From positions 1 through 64,000 of the forward strand of contig JYFJ02000031.1 of assembly GCA_000934665.2 (NCBI GenBank): 64,000 nt of DNA, read 5' to 3'. The notes under the pieces were generated by a model. It ran no database searches. It saw only the letters and a list, made by a program, of their open reading frames with translations, and was not told the DNA's origin. Both the position numbers and the translations under genes were made by a program. The stretch's first letter is position 1, and every line of letters begins with the position of its first letter. This document shows, in pieces, positions 61,556 to 64,000 of this stretch. Source of the stretch: Catajapyx aquilonaris (Eukaryota).

Positions 61556-63511
61556 TAATACCCAATAGGCTGGAAGTTGAGTAATGAGTACGAGTTGTGC
61601 AGAGACTAATGCGGGCTCAAACGTATTCAGGACCACTGTTGGCTTGATAAATGGCGACCGAGTTTTCCTTTCTCAGGTGCATTTGTATACCTGAGGGTTA
61701 GTCTTATTTACTGTGGGAGTGAACAGCGTGGAGGGGATTCCTAGAAGGCGTATGGATCAGGGTTAGATCGGTTAGGGCGTGGCTAATGTGGTAGCAGCTA
61801 CTTTTGGTCGTAGCGTGACGGTATTTTCTGTGGGGAAAATTCTGCAATTCGGAATCATCTCACCACAAATGAAAGTCCTTGGCACCTTCTGTTTTAATTT
61901 ATTATCCAACATTACGCATTCTGTTGCAACATTCCACGCATGAACAACCGCGCAATTATCCGCGCGCACGTACTTGTCACTTACCCTTTTTTGCCCTATG
62001 CACATGTCCACTTAAACGGGGTCGCACGTTCCACGCATTAATTACAACCTAACAATGAAATGGGTATTATAGTCAGTATCCTCTTAAACGGCTATTTTCA
62101 AGTGTAACTAATAATAAGCTAGTAACCCGATAGTCTGTCGAAATGAAAAGCTAAAAAAAACAGTGAAAGCAGCGAGAAGGCGCCTGCCTGAGCGATAATG
62201 GCGGCTCAACAAGTGGGCGAGATCCGACCCCCACCTCTCAACCCTTTGGCCCCCGCAGCATCCCAAATCCCCCTGCCAACCATCAGGGAGACTAGCCAGA
62301 CTCTANGGGGGGGGGGGGAACGGGTTTTTTAGCCAACGGATATGGCGATTTTTAATTATAGCTGGCGAGATGAAAAATTATTTACTGGCGTGGGTAGCTA
62401 GACCTTGTGGATGCAACATGCGAAAATCGGCCAGATGCATACAAATTTTTAATAGATAAATCAATTTAAACAAAATAAAATTGGTATTAAGAGGGGGCGA
62501 AAGTGCGGGTCCAAGGACGCCATTTGCTAAAGCGATACGGAATCGTGACGCGGCACACTAATGGATCCCAAAGGATGAATCAACAAAGCTTAGTGGAAAC
62601 AGCGTACCAGGTCGATGGTAAATCCGGAGCAAATTCATATTCCGACATTTTGTCGGGGTGTATAGTTCAGGGACGCTACCGAGTGAGGGCGCTGCTCCTT
62701 TTTTTTAAAGCAGAAAACTGATGACTACCTGACGAGGCTAGGGTTTTTAAAAATTCGAAACGACTTCTCTCACCTAGCTCCCGTCTGGGCTTTATAGCCT
62801 AGCTTGGTTGTATTCATGCTCGCAGCGAAGGGTTTTCTAAGGCTTCCAAGAGTGCTCGCCGTTTCTCCGGAGAATATGGAAAATGGAGAGGGGGGGGGGG
62901 GGTTAAATTACAATGACATTTTTAATGTCGTGGGGAAAATATCGTCTTACCTAGTCTTGGGCAGGATTGGATCAAATTGGTGTAGTTTTTTTTCTCTCCA
63001 GGCGTCCGGATTGGGCTGACCTTTATGCGCTTCCAGTTGACTTTTACAGTGCCGAATGGGTGTAAAACGCGCAGTGTAAATAATGATTGTCGTTTTATGC
63101 GTTTTCAAATGAGCCCAACCGATAGTTGCGAATAACTATCGTGTCGACGCATTTGTTTATACGAAGCATAGGGGGGGTGGAGGAATGTGGAATGACCTAT
63201 TGGCGACCATTAATGATCCCTTTTACTGCCTACTTAAGTTAGAACTACCGCTTGCTTAGGTTTCCATGCCCAGTTCTGGCTCTTACTAACCCGCATAATC
63301 GAGTGTACAGTATATCGCGCTAATTAGAGGCTTAGGGAGTTACTTCCCCCTAAAGTTTCTTCAACCTAAAGCTGATGCTTCAAACTTCCTTCTAACCCTA
63401 TACAAGCTGTTCCACGTGCAGAGTCAAGATGGGGAAATTGACCCTCAGCCTCACTCTTCTTCAAGAAGACATGACCATGGAGGAAATGCTGGAAGATGTA
63501 TACTGTACGTC

Positions 63512-63625
63512 CCTATCTCCAAAACTATAAGGGTGAAAGTCGCGTGCAGGCCCTGCACTTATCCCCCCTGGCCCAGGGAGGATTAGTGCATGCGACTTTC
63601 ACCCTTACTAGTTTTGGGAGATAGG
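63512..63625. mobile_element. Small fold-back MITE
   Basis: cctatctccaaaactataagggtgaaagtcgc.tgca pairs with tgca.gcgactttcacccttactagttttgggagatagg. Confidence 0.7.
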
Positions 63626-64000
63626 CTGTATATAGCCAGTTGCCTGCTTGTTTCGTGGATAGCAAGTTAGAATCAATATGTTAGGGGTGGTGGATGCTGA
63701 GAGGCTCTTGTCTGTTTTTATCAGGAGCGACAGCTTGAGCCCGGCCTGTCATTTCATTTCCATACAGGATCTTTGCCTTCAGCACCTTTTTCCCTATTTT
63801 GGACACTATCTCTAGGCCATGTGTGCGGTACAGGCAGAGTACGCGGTTCGATAACGGCCGTGAGAATCGCGGTCGGTGTGAAAACCCCTGTATCCGCTGG
63901 TGAAGGTCGAGAGATGCAAAGTGCGCCACAATGTCTAGGTGGCCCCGGACGCATATTAGAGCAAACGAGTGTAATCAGTGGGTAATCAGTGGTGACGAGT

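Noticed and set aside
61660..61680. Second AG|GT juxtaposition (ttttcctttctcag|gtgcat)
   Set aside because: The regenerated donor GTGCAT is weak; not convincing as a ratchet point.
62301..62318. G-run containing an N at 62306, and other long G/C runs as G-quadruplex candidates
   Set aside because: The ambiguous base and long homopolymers point to sequencing uncertainty, so run lengths are unreliable.

Overview
Eukaryotic, most likely arthropod, genomic DNA with short ~60-nt introns, a tRNA-derived SINE and very dense MITEs. There is no prokaryotic operon and no CRISPR array. Three protein-coding loci can be rebuilt from splice sites and reading phase: (1) ALKBH7 on + (4 coding exons, ~12273-13173); (2) a 7-exon, 498-aa FBXL/RNI-like leucine-rich-repeat gene on - (16700-29673), including two exons (27662-27822, 24104-24226) whose coding frames are absent from the ORF track; (3) the first coding exon of a RAVER-like RRM gene on + (38173-38475), whose first intron appears to run off the end of the window. 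The remainder is largely non-autonomous DNA transposons and fold-back DNA. Most notable: a candidate recursive splice site at 53425|53426 in the RAVER-like intron; a four-level nested transposon stack in an LRR-gene intron; a fold-back family present twice whose arms co-vary; two adjacent 61-bp palindromes of identical geometry; a ~280-bp palindromic, bidirectional promoter-like unit at 5056-5338 with divergent ORF remnants; a tandem CTCF-motif array; and a fixed-spacing CCAAT/CRE array. All homology calls are from memory of the families, not from searches, and no clearly novel protein system could be established.
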